From positions 20,460,001-20,524,000 of the forward strand of contig JBHGNT010000006.1 of NCBI GenBank assembly GCA_043228905.1: DNA of 64,000 nucleotides, given 5' to 3'. The position numbers and the translations under genes were made by a program. The notes beneath the pieces are model-generated. The model was given only the letters and a program-made list of their open reading frames with translations. It made no database searches and was not told the DNA's origin. Below, in pieces: positions 52,947 through 64,000 of the stretch (position 1 is its first letter; each line of letters starts with the position of its first letter). The DNA comes from Azolla caroliniana (taxonomy: Eukaryota; Plantae; Polypodiophyta).

Positions 52947-53573
52947 GGAGGCGCATAAAACAATGAATGTTTCGACTCATCATCACTACGCAGCAGACAG
53001 ACCAAGAAGCACAGAGACATGACCTGACGCCGTCTTTATCTTCCTTGCAAACTGCAACAAGGTAATTGAACCCCCCACGCTCTCTGCACAGTCTCTCTCT
53101 CTCTCTCTCTCTCTCCATTTTGGTTTTTGTTTTCTAGGGTTTCACTCATCTTGTCGCCTCACCCATCTTCTACTCATTCCGAGGGTTTTTAGAACTAAAG
53201 ATCAACGGTTTCTGCAGATTGTATCGTACTTAAGAGTTCCGGAAGCAGAATCCCCCCAGCTTTAGGGAAAGATCCTTGCTTTCAAAAGAGGAAGCGATCA
53301 TATTCTTCACCGAAGTTGCTCAGTTTTGGAGTGGATGGTCTACCTCCTTCTTCTGATTCCGAGCTTCAGGGAAGAAAAACAACAGTTTTTTGCAGCCTGT
53401 TAGGATTTTGAGCGAACAATTTAAAGTGATTAAGCAAAATAAGAGCTCGAGACACCTGCGTTGACAGAAGAATGTATCAGGAGATGATGGCTGTCAAGAA
53501 AGGTATTATTTTGGCCGATGATGCTTGCTGAGTTCTTTTTATTTCTGTAATGGAAGCACTTGTGCTTCACAAA

Positions 53574-53868
53574 GAGTTATATTACAATAGGGGAGTTGAA
53601 AGACCAAGGGGTTTTATCTGTTAGTATTTCGTGATCTAGTTGATTACTTTGTTCTCCTTTGCCTGAGTCCACAGGAAGAAAAGCATATGCTCACGAGCTT
53701 AGGAAAGACGTTGTGTGAAGGAGTTATGTTGCAATAGGAGAGTTGAAAAACCAAGGGTTTTTTATCTGTTAGTATTTCTTGATCTAGTTGATTGTTTCGT
53801 TCTCCTTTTGCCTGAGTGCACAGGAAGAAAAGCTTATGATCATGAGCTTAGGAAAGAGGTTGTATGTG
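53574..53868. repeat. ~147-bp diverged tandem duplication in the putative ELF3 leader intron
   Basis: GAGTTAT..CAATAGG..GAGTTGAAA..TTTTATCTGTTAGTATTTC..GAGCTTAGGAAAGA occurs twice. Confidence 0.8.
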
Positions 53869-54259
53869 TGAATGCGCAGGACATACACACATATTGTTAC
53901 TTATGTCTTATGATTATACTTTTATTGACACACACACACACACATGTGTGTGTGTGTGTAGTATATATACAGAAAGAGGGAGAGATAATAGAATAGAATC
54001 AAATAGATGTTTTATCGTCTATGGGGAGGCCAATTATGACCTTGGAACCAAATCAACATATATTTTATGTGACTTTTTCCTAAGAAGGGGATTTACCACT
54101 TTGTGGTAAAAAATCTCTATGTGAAAATAATGCTACACATATTTGTTCACCTTTCTTGGTGGACATTTGATTATGACACTTAAATTATCAAGCCCATCTA
54201 ATAATGCATCGTATTTCTCACGAATTACATTACACCAAGCATGGGATAAGTAAGTGATA

Positions 54260-55450
54260 TTTATCATCCACTAGGTTTTCATTGTATATCTTCAATATCT
54301 TCATGTTTGGGTGATGATTCTGTGATTCTACCTCAACACCAAACTTGTCTGAGTGAGTTCGAAGAAGTGTTAGCCAAGGCTCATGGGTGTAGTGACATGC
54401 AATTGGATATGTCCAAGCATTTTACCTTGTATTGTGGCCAACATTGGGGGTTAATATTTGCAATGTAATATTCCAATTTTGACATTTCAACATCTTGCCA
54501 TGTCATCCTTAGTGCCTCTAGTAATCTATCCTCGATGATCACCTTTATAGCATCACCTAAGAGCTCAAATAGATATTTTACTCTCCATCTCTTAAACCAT
54601 TTCATAATGTTAAGCATCCAGCTAGATGGAAGGAATTTTCTCTTATTGTTTTTTGTACCTTGCATCCTATGTTCTAAGCTTGTGTTGGGAGTCTATGATT
54701 TGGTTTATTCTTGAGTTCGTGATATACTTGTATACTCTTTGCATGGTTAGTAACTCTATGGGCCAAACACCTATTTTAGCATGATAGGATAGGATGCTGA
54801 GGATTTTACCCCCAATTGTATATGTAAGAATAATTTTTGGATTTTCTGTATTTCAATCCATTCACTTAGTAAGACAGTGCCACCCAACACTTCCACTCTA
54901 TAAAGCAACACTTGGACCACCATAGTGTTGAATAGCAGCAGTCTCACATCCCATCCTCAGGTATAACTTTGGTTGCATTTATTCTCAAACATATAATAAC
55001 TATTCCAATCCCTTGAAGTCTAGATTTATAACATGCATTCCACCTATTTGTCAATGAGTCAAGATATTTGAACCTTTGCACCCCTGGTATTGGTTCTACC
55101 TTGTATGTAAACAATGGGTTAGTGTCTGAGTTGTATTGCCTTTATTGCCATCACTTTTGTTTCATCATCATTAACAGTTAGCTCACTGATCTGACAGAAT
55201 GTGTCCAATACATCAAGTAAGTGTTGCATATCATCCAAAGTATATGAGAATAAAACAACATCATCGGCATGTAAGAGTAAAGAAATAAGCTCACATGTTT
55301 TTGGGCCATCAAATCCTTCTTTTGTAGCCTTATTTACTGCTTCTTCAAGTTTTTTGATGCATAGACCAAAGAGTGTGGGAGAGAGTGGATGCCTTTGCTA
55401 TAATTTTCTTCAGCCCATGAGTTAATCTTTTGTTCCTTGATAGTGCTATA
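54260..55450 (-). mobile_element. RTE-like LINE 3' remnant in the ELF3 upstream/leader intron
   Basis: PLSPTLFGLCI and LLHADDVVLF RT motifs on the minus strand; homologous to 59905-60960. Confidence 0.75.
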
Positions 55451-55970
55451 TAACTTGACCATAACTAAACTAACCATGATATTTCTATAGTTGGATAATT
55501 CATGAGCCAATCTTACGGAAAACCTTGTTTGATAGCTTCATCCATTACATTGCTATCCATTGACGAGTTTGCTGGCTTTTCCATTTCACGAGCTCACTTG
55601 TCATTAAAGTTGCATCTGTTGCTTTGCCATTAGACATCATTTTGCCCCGCTATTAACATCTTCAATAGATACACATGCATTAAACGAAAGCCAACGCAAG
55701 TCCCTCTAATGCTACTTTGAAGGCATTTTCTTGAAACCTATCTTAGTTGATGAAACAAAGCTGTATATGGCGTTTCAATGCGCAAATGTTATAGGCGTTA
55801 TCCCATCTTGCATATAAAGCTTCCATACATATTGTTACATGTCATCCCATAGAGAGAGATCTGTGAAAGTCATCTTGAGGCATAATTTGACGTACAGGAT
55901 CTCAATATTATTATCGTATGTAACAGGGTAAGAATTGGAAGCTTGATACTGAAAGAACTTTCTAGCAACC

Positions 55971-58900
55971 ATGAATAGTTCAAAAGTTGATGCTATAAAG
56001 TACAGTCAAGTGAAAGGAGCTACAAATGGTGAAAATGAACCGCTTTTTCCAAGGCTGCATATTAATGAGACAGAGAAAGCAGGACCAAGGGCACCACCCC
56101 GAAATAAAATGGCTCTTTATGAGCAATTCACTGTTCCATCTCACCGATTTGTTAAGCGCAATCAGACAACGAGCGCTGGTTCTCACCGAGAACATCAGGT
56201 TACCATCATTTGATATTATACGCTAATATATATTACACCATTTCATAAATTAAATGTTGCAAAGTTACTTGTATATTTTGGTACAGAATTTCGTGTATTA
56301 TAATCATTGAAGAAATATTAAGGGCATACTTGTGAGTCTTGATTGTTCAGGTTCAGTATGGATTAGGTGAGTACCAGCACCCTTACCCTCCTTATTACAT
56401 GCAACCTCCACTAGCCTGTGGAACCTCCCAACATATAGGTCCTGTGTATGCTCGGCCAACCTATGGCATAAGCAGTGGTGATATGAGTTGTGATAGCACT
56501 GTAGTCACTGGGGATGAAGCACAGAGGGCACCCAAACAACTTGAGAAATCCTCCTCTTTTGAAGTTTCAAAACGGATGCCAAAACATGGTGAGAGTTGTA
56601 ATGCAAGGAGCAAATGTGAAAAGAAAGAAAAGGTTGCGTCTGATCTTAATGTACCCATAGTGGTGCCTGCTGCTAATATTACTGGGAAAAAGACAGCTTA
56701 TTCCAAACCTGTTTCTCAACAGAAACATCCTGAAATTGCTGATTTGGACAAATCAACTTCAACCTGTATTGTGGATGTGGGGTCAGAATACCCACTTGCG
56801 GAGAGCCAGTGTGTTGAACTTCCTGATCTTGACAAGAGTGAGGACAACGTGATTTTTCTGATTGCTGAAAGTGGCATGAGGCAGAGTGCTTATGAGTCAT
56901 TTGATGAACAAGATGAGAGTGCTGGATCACTCACCTTGCCTGTGCAATCCTGCCAACAATCAACATTGGTCGATGAAGCACAACAGCCAGAGTGTCAATC
57001 TACAGCCGAACCTGAAATATCTAACGAATGTGGAAATGGTATCAAATGTACAACCATGAAAAAAAGAGACGAAAAATTAGCAGGTAGAAGTGCAGTCTTC
57101 AGTACTTTACAGAGTATTCCAAATGAACAACAGACCCCAATGCCAGGTTTTGCCAAAGATATGACAAAGTGTGGTATCCCTAAACACCAGGAAAAGGGAA
57201 CTAGTAATGAAAGCAGGAATGCAGTTGTGAACAGTGTTAAAAGAACACGTGAAGTTTCTGGAGAGTCAAATACTATTTATGAAGTTGGTGAACTATCAAA
57301 GCTTTTAGACAATGGACCATCCCAACCTGGAGTTGGGAAGGATGACAATTCAGAGGATACTCCCGCATCAGCAAGTGCCTCACTGCCTGAACGAACCATC
57401 AAGCCAAAAGATGTGATTCGTGCAGTTGGACAGCAGCAGTTTTGGAAAGCTCGTAAAGCACTACTTCGGTGAGTTCTCCAATTTTTCCTGAAATACTTTA
57501 TTACCATTGTTGTGCTGTCTCCTTGGACAATATTTAAATGTATTTCCTGAAAAATGAAAACAATTCCACATTTTGAAGAAGTCAGTCAAGAACTATAGCG
57601 CTAAATAGCTAACACTTCATCTCGGTATCTGCGTCATAAGGGCTTCCAGGGCCTTCATTGTGTATGGCAATGTGTCTCAAGAAGCCAAATCTGCAGACTC
57701 ATGACTCCTTAGCATTCTGTTTGAAGTAACCCTATTTGCAGTACTAGAAGAGGGCCAAGTATGAACTTTGCCAGGCACAGAGGTTGTAAATTAGGACTTT
57801 GGAGCTATCTCAACTAGATAATTTTTTAGTTTTCAATACTTGAGCATCTTTCGTGGTGTTGGTGGAGCTTCCATACATATTATGTAAGTCAATCCTTATG
57901 ATTTATGCATTCATGTTGTATGTGCTGCAGGCAACAACGGGTATTTTCAGACCAAGTGTTCCAGCTCCACAAGCTTATTAAGGTATGCTGATTTATTCTG
58001 GTTTAATGTATTACGCCAGCCATCTTGCCTTACATGTTAATATTTTAACAGGTTCAGCAGCTGCTGGCAGAGACTCCTGGAATTCTCATGGATGAAGAAA
58101 TGCAATTTGGAGCAATTGAGGAATCAGATGAATCTCCATATAGCAATGTTTTGGAAAGAGCAAATTGCTTTAGCGAAAAAAAACAAAATACGGTTTCTAA
58201 TGTTAGAGATGGGGGAGAGAGTCAGCTACATGAGACAGAAGGGCACCCTGAAATTGTTTCAAATCAGCTGGAACAGCAGGCTACTAGTAATGATGCTGGA
58301 TTAAACCAATCCATACCTCCATCTAGTCATGGAGTAAGTGCATGGGGATATCCAAGTATGGGAATGGGGCAGTGGATGAGTCCAATGGATGTACAAGGTA
58401 GGCCCTTTATGTTTCATCCTCCTTTTGCAGCACCACCATTTGGAGGGCCATATGGGTCAGCAATGCCAGGACCAATGCCACCTATGGTTCCTTTCGGTAT
58501 TCCATACTATGGACCAAGCTTACCAGATATGCACCAAAACTATGGGTCTGTAGGTTCATCAAATAATTTCGATCCGTCTGTAGGGCACAACCCTATTAAT
58601 GTTCCCAAAGGCATGCAAGGATCTTGGAATTTCACTCCTTATGATGGAGCACATATAGCTGGACTTGTGAAAGATGTTCCTACTGGCTCTGGAGCATCGG
58701 TTAACCAATCTTCAACAACATTACCTAGCATGAGGACATTGAGTGTCCCTGGCATGCAATATCAATTGGGGATGAATGTGCATCATACCCATCAAAGTGA
58801 AAATTCATCACCTTCTGTTCTTCGGAAAGTGTCTAATGCAAAAACTTCTAGCAATGAACACCATGACAAGAAGGGTTTGGAATTAAGAGGGGGACATCAA

Positions 58901-59224
58901 TCTTGTAATGCACAATTTCAGGAGAATGCTAGGTCTCTGGAAGAAGAAGATTCAGCTAGGAATGTGATGGGCTGGATTAAAGATTTGCATGGGAAGGAAG
59001 GTGCTCGAGTGTCTGTCAGAAACATATCGCTGGAAAAATGTATTGAGCATGGTGGCTTGCAACTTTTTCCTCTAGTAAGTCTAGATGGTAGGGGTAAAGC
59101 AAAGAAAGGGAAAACTGAGGAACAGCATGGGCGAGTAATCAAGGCTGTCCCTCATCCAGCAGTATCTACGACTCAATCTGCTGCAGGAATTTTACTGTCT
59201 CTTCAACGTGAGAGGCAGCAATAG
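55971..59224 (+). CDS. ELF3: EARLY FLOWERING 3-like circadian clock protein, 4 coding exons, ~856 aa
   Basis: Exons 55971-56198, 56351-57468, 57931-57982 and 58052-59224. Conserved blocks [78 protein letters not shown] and [19 protein letters not shown]. Confidence 0.93.
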
Positions 59225-59904
59225 AGATGGTTTGACCTGTGCTATTGTATCTTCTCTTGATGTTCTATGATGTGTGCATTTTAATTTTATATGTTTCAGG
59301 CTTACAGCCCAATTATCCATCAACATTGAACTACTCCTCAATGCTTAATCATGGCAAAGCCATCTGAGCTAATACAGTGCTATGTAGAATGTTCTGACAA
59401 ACATAGAATTGTGAAAGACATTGATGCTGCTGCTGTCCATTTAATTTTGATACAAACCTTGCACCTGGTATTTCTATGAGCATACAAAATATACTCTCTT
59501 AGTTTCCAGTTCTTCTTGAGGTTCAGAAAGCACATGCTTTGTTGTAATGCTAACTATTTATTTTCCGTTTATTTGATGTAACATAACATCTTGTTCTTAA
59601 TGATATCAATGTACAAATAATGAACTTTGAAACACTGGCTTTGCTGATGAGACATGACTTTTGTTGAGCTAATTGCAATATAAGCATTAAACCCTGCTTT
59701 CCTAATTGTACTTTGCTGAGTACAATTTTCATATATTATTTGGTATAGGTTATTGTAAACATGCATAAATTTATCTCCCAACTTGTAAAGTACATTTTCT
59801 ATGCATTAGACATTGTGCAAGCATTATATGCAAATGGATATGTAGTTCAGTTTCTATTTGCTAAATTCTGTTGTATTGGCTTGTACAATTTTCAAGAAGT
59901 GATT

Positions 59905-60960
59905 CAACCTCCACTAGGTTTTCATTGTATACCGTGCATATCTTCATACATGGGTGATGATGTCATGATGCTACCTGAGCATGTAACTTGTGTGAATGTG
60001 TTCAAAGAAGTGTTAAGGCTCTTCGAGAAAAAAGCCTCAAGGGGGTGGTAATATGTGATAGTATATGATTTGACATTTTTACAATATATGTTTTGGGGTC
60101 GATATTGAGGGTTAACATTTGCAATGTAGCCCTGCAATTTTGATATTTTACAATCTTGCCACTTCTTCTTTAGTGCCTCTAGTAATCTATCCTCAATGAT
60201 CACATACTTCATAACATCACCTAAGAGCTCCAATATATCTTTTATTTTATATCTCTTAAACCATTTCATAATGTCCATCACCTAACCAAATGAGAGGATT
60301 TTGATCTTTTAGTTTTTTATACCTTGTGTGCATGTTCCAAGCTTATTTTGGCAATATTTGATCAAGCTTATTCTTGACTTCTACGATATGCACGTATACT
60401 ATTTGCATGGGTAGCACCTTTGTTGGCCAAGCACTTATTTCTAATAGCATTATAAGATAAGTGTTACAGATTTAACTCCCAATCATGTAGCCAAGACAAT
60501 ATTTGAAATTTCTATATTTTAATCCATGCATTAAGGGAGATGGTGCCACCCCACACTTACCAATCCATATAACACTACTTGGACCACCATATCATTGAAT
60601 AATATCAATCTCACTTCTCATTGTGGCACATTGATTCCCAAAGATAAAATATTTGTTCCAACTTGCTTGAAGTCTAGAGTCATGCCATATATATTTCCAC
60701 CTATTTGTCGATGAGTCATTAATACCAATGTATTTATCTCACTTGTATTGGTTTTACCTTGTATCTGAAAGTGGGGCAATGTCTTGGTTGTATTGCACTA
60801 TTGCTATCATTTTTGTTCTATCCATGTTTATAGTTAGCTCATCGCTTTGATGGAATGTTTCTAATGCAAGTTTCATATCATCATAAGTATATGGGAATAA
60901 CACAACATCATTGACAACTCTTGCATGAGTTTTGGGTGATTTATCCTTCTTTTGAAATCA
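59905..60960 (-). mobile_element. RTE-like LINE 3' remnant downstream of ELF3
   Basis: IMKWFKR..ELLGD..IEDRLLEAL..YIANVNPQ is shared with the ORF at 54665-54381. Confidence 0.75.
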
Positions 60961-61019
60961 TCACTTCCATCAACAAAGGGTGTTTAACTACACCAATCAC
61001 CCATGAGTGAAGGACATGA

Positions 61020-62100
61020 GACAAACATAAAGTACCATCCATGTGTCCCTTATCACCGAATGTTACCCTACTTTATAACTTAGTAGTTGAATAATGGATT
61101 TGAACAAGAGAGTGTAACCTTAATAATAGAGTCTCAACCTCCCTCAACATGCTATAATGAAGGGGATAGTTAGTCCCCTTATATAGCCCAACACTTAAGG
61201 CTCATTGATCACCATGTGTTCCCATGTGTCATAAGTCCTTCTGGGTTTGTTCCAATTCATAGGAGAATTGATTTCTAAACCATATGAATCAGACATGACT
61301 CATACCTTGGAGTAGTGCTCTTCCAAGGGCCATTACAAGTCTCGAGGGGTCACCTTCCTTTCAATGGGTTAATCGAGGGACTCAGGGATGTCAGTCACTC
61401 ATTAATGGCAAAGCGCATGTCATACATCAACACATAAAAACACTCACCTCTTCACTCATGCAACTATGGAAACCTAAAATTCTTCTTAAGTTTATTAAAA
61501 ATTAACACATACCTAATTAGTACACTAATTAAGAAATATATTAGTTGCAATTAAATAGATAATTACAATATAAGAAACATGTATATCTCAATCAATTAGG
61601 TGGAAAAGCTACATGTAGGAAAGAGGCTCTAAGTGGATGTAAGACGGAGAGAATGAAAACCAAAGGTAGCCCCAAAATTAGGGCACCCAAAGGCACATTT
61701 ACATTAGAGCTCTTACCATTTTATATAATTGGGAACCCTAAAGGCCCCCCTTTTTGTTACATGCCCATTGCCCATTAACCATTCTTGTCTAATGAAGGGT
61801 GGTCCTCCACAAATTACAATATGCCCACATTTCTTACATATATTTGGCCTATGACCAATGTTTTAAGTTAGACATCTAAGCTTTATAGGTTTGTTAAAAC
61901 TAATGAATATAACATTTCTTTCCGTAACAAGGGGAAGGTAGTTCCCTTATATAGCCCAATAGGTAAGGCTCATAGATAACCTACATGTTCCCATGTGTCA
62001 TAGATCCTTGTGGGTTTGTCCCGATTCTTAAGGTAACCGGCTTCCCAACCATCCTACCCCTATCCCATTGAAATTACTTATAGAATTGGTCCTTAAGACG
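61020..62100 (-). repeat. LTR-like repeats (61170-61290 duplicated at 61945-62050; inverted homology to the window start)
   Basis: CCCTTATATAGCCCAA..AAGGCTCA..GTTCCCATGTGTCATA occurs twice. Confidence 0.55.
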
Positions 62101-64000
62101 ATGTGTATAACATATGCCAGGTTATTGAAACATTGACTTCTTCCAATGATAAAGTTGGATTTAAGAAAATGCTCTTTCTCCTGTGTGGTATCACACAAGT
62201 TTGATCTTGTCCATTTAATTTTGAACTCTCATATTTGTTTAGATATCAATTGTTTAGTTTGAGCATTGAAGATTTTTTCTAGCAAATGAAGTTCAGAGGA
62301 TAAATCTTTTTGATTTACCAAATAGCAATGGGCCCATTGGTATTACCAGATCTTTTAATAGTTACTATGTTGTTGAAACCCACTAGTTCTTTCGAGGGTA
62401 ACTAACATATAAAATCGGATGAACGTCAACATCAATAAGAAGATTGAGGCAATATGTAGATGAACCAATACACTTCAAGACTATGAAGTGTCCACAATAG
62501 CGTGGATTAAGGGCCATCGATACTTAGGGTCGAGTTCTTATGTATATTAATTCATAGACTAAAAAATGGAGAACTAATAATGTGTGGAGCAAGGGAAGGG
62601 GGTCCACCATGTCTGCAATGAAGATGGAGATGAAGACAAAGACGAAGAGGGCATGATTCCATCTTGTCATCATTGTCACGAATGAGGGATTATGTGAAAT
62701 GGAGGAGGCCAATATTGACTCAAGAATAGAGAAAGGAAAACAATGGCTAAGAAAGAAGAGAATGAGAGGAAAGGACTTGAATTATGAATTTTGTAATTGG
62801 TCTTTAGGGTTTAGAGAGGCATGCATACAAAGAAATTTCTAGAAGATTCTAGTGAATCAAGAGGGCGTGTAGGAGACCTACAATGATAATAGGGGACGTG
62901 GCTTATTGATTGTAAGATTTTCCAAAACTTGATAATCTCCTCCCAAGAAACTATCATCTTCCTTGATCCCTTTTCATTATATTCACAACAATTTTATTCC
63001 AGTCATGTATCTTGAAATTTGGCCATTAAGAATGATTGAAATAGGGTAATTTTTTGTTAAATTTATTTGCATCTTGCCCTTAAGCTTTTGAAAGTTCAAT
63101 GCAAGAGTTCGAGGTTTTCCTCAAAAATCTATGTACCAAAATTTCTTGAATTTGGGAGAAGAGATGGAATCATAAACTTGAGTTCATCCAATTCTCCATC
63201 TAGTAATGACCAAAGCAAAATTTTTGGGTCGAAAATATGCACGATAAATTACCTTAATTTTGATGGAAGGAAGATTTCGAATCTACACATCGAAGTGCTC
63301 AATACATCAACTCCTTGAGATCTTCGTGATGTTTTTGACAAAATTTTCAGGTCGCAAATCTAAGCTTTGATCGAGAAATTATAAAGACAATAACAACCTT
63401 AAGGAGTTTTGTCGAAACTTGGTGTTCCGTCGTGATGTGGTGTGGCCAAAGGTAAAAAATGGAAAAAAGAAGGGCGGAAGCGTGTTGAGAAAAAGGGAAA
63501 AAAGGTGAAAAAGGAAGAGAAAGAAAAGGGGCGCGCTAGTACATGTGAATCATGCTTACACAAAAAATGAGGGTGGAGATTCCAAAATCCCTATTGAAAA
63601 TCAAGGACAAAATTGTATTCTCCTATCATTTTGAAGTAACAACATCTAAGGCTCTCCCCCCTTCCCTATAAAAGGAGGTGAAGAAGGCATATTTTGGTTG
63701 TCTAGTTCGTTGCTGGGCATTTTGTTGTTGTTGTTCTGCGTTTCGAATGCTCTTCTACGTTCTACATGTTTGGAGGCTTCAAGGAGTCATAGTTTAGCAA
63801 GCACTTATGCTAGTCGCTCGAAGGGAGTATGGAGTGGCTTGTGAACTCTAACTCGGCTCGTGAAGTCGTAGTGGTAGCTGTGGCCTCGGCGACCCACTCG
63901 GCTCACCTTCATTGGGAGCTTCAACCCTCCTCTCCTACCTTTCTTTCCATCTTCGTTGCATAATTAGTGGTTGGCATTGCCACCACGGTTGTATTCGTCC

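Noticed and set aside
52432-53118. 228-aa and overlapping ORFs rich in L/S/F or E/R
   Set aside because: Translations of the GA/CT low-complexity tract, not genes.
5339-59224. Functional cluster of caprin-like, cyclin T and ELF3 genes
   Set aside because: Unrelated pathways separated by TE blocks; no sequence evidence of co-regulation.
63410-63450. Possible PBS TGGTGTTCCGTCGTGA
   Set aside because: Not preceded by an LTR-ending CA, and I could not identify a matching tRNA or a gag ORF.

Overview
This is a eukaryotic land-plant nuclear window (AT-rich, TE-laden introns; a fern-like genome is my inference, not established). Three spliced host genes can be reconstructed with GT-AG introns in frame: a caprin-like coiled-coil/RGG glycine-rich protein (+, 5339-8180), cyclin T1 (-, 38255-24438, with a 9-kb TE-filled first intron) and an ELF3-like clock gene (+, 55971-59224). 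The rest is mostly nested transposons. These include a very young full-length Ty1/Copia element (17147-22247) inserted in a LINE, an older decayed Copia carrying a solo LTR with a heat-shock-element array, and a gag-only Copia derivative inserted in the RT catalytic codons of another LINE. There are also LINE and Gypsy remnants, a hAT MITE and tRNA-derived sequences. I found no multi-gene novel system. The most unusual signals are regulatory: a perfect (TTAGGG)4 G-quadruplex motif directly before the cyclin T start codon, and an ELF3 without polyQ whose upstream region holds a polyQ mini-ORF and an intron-spanning uORF.
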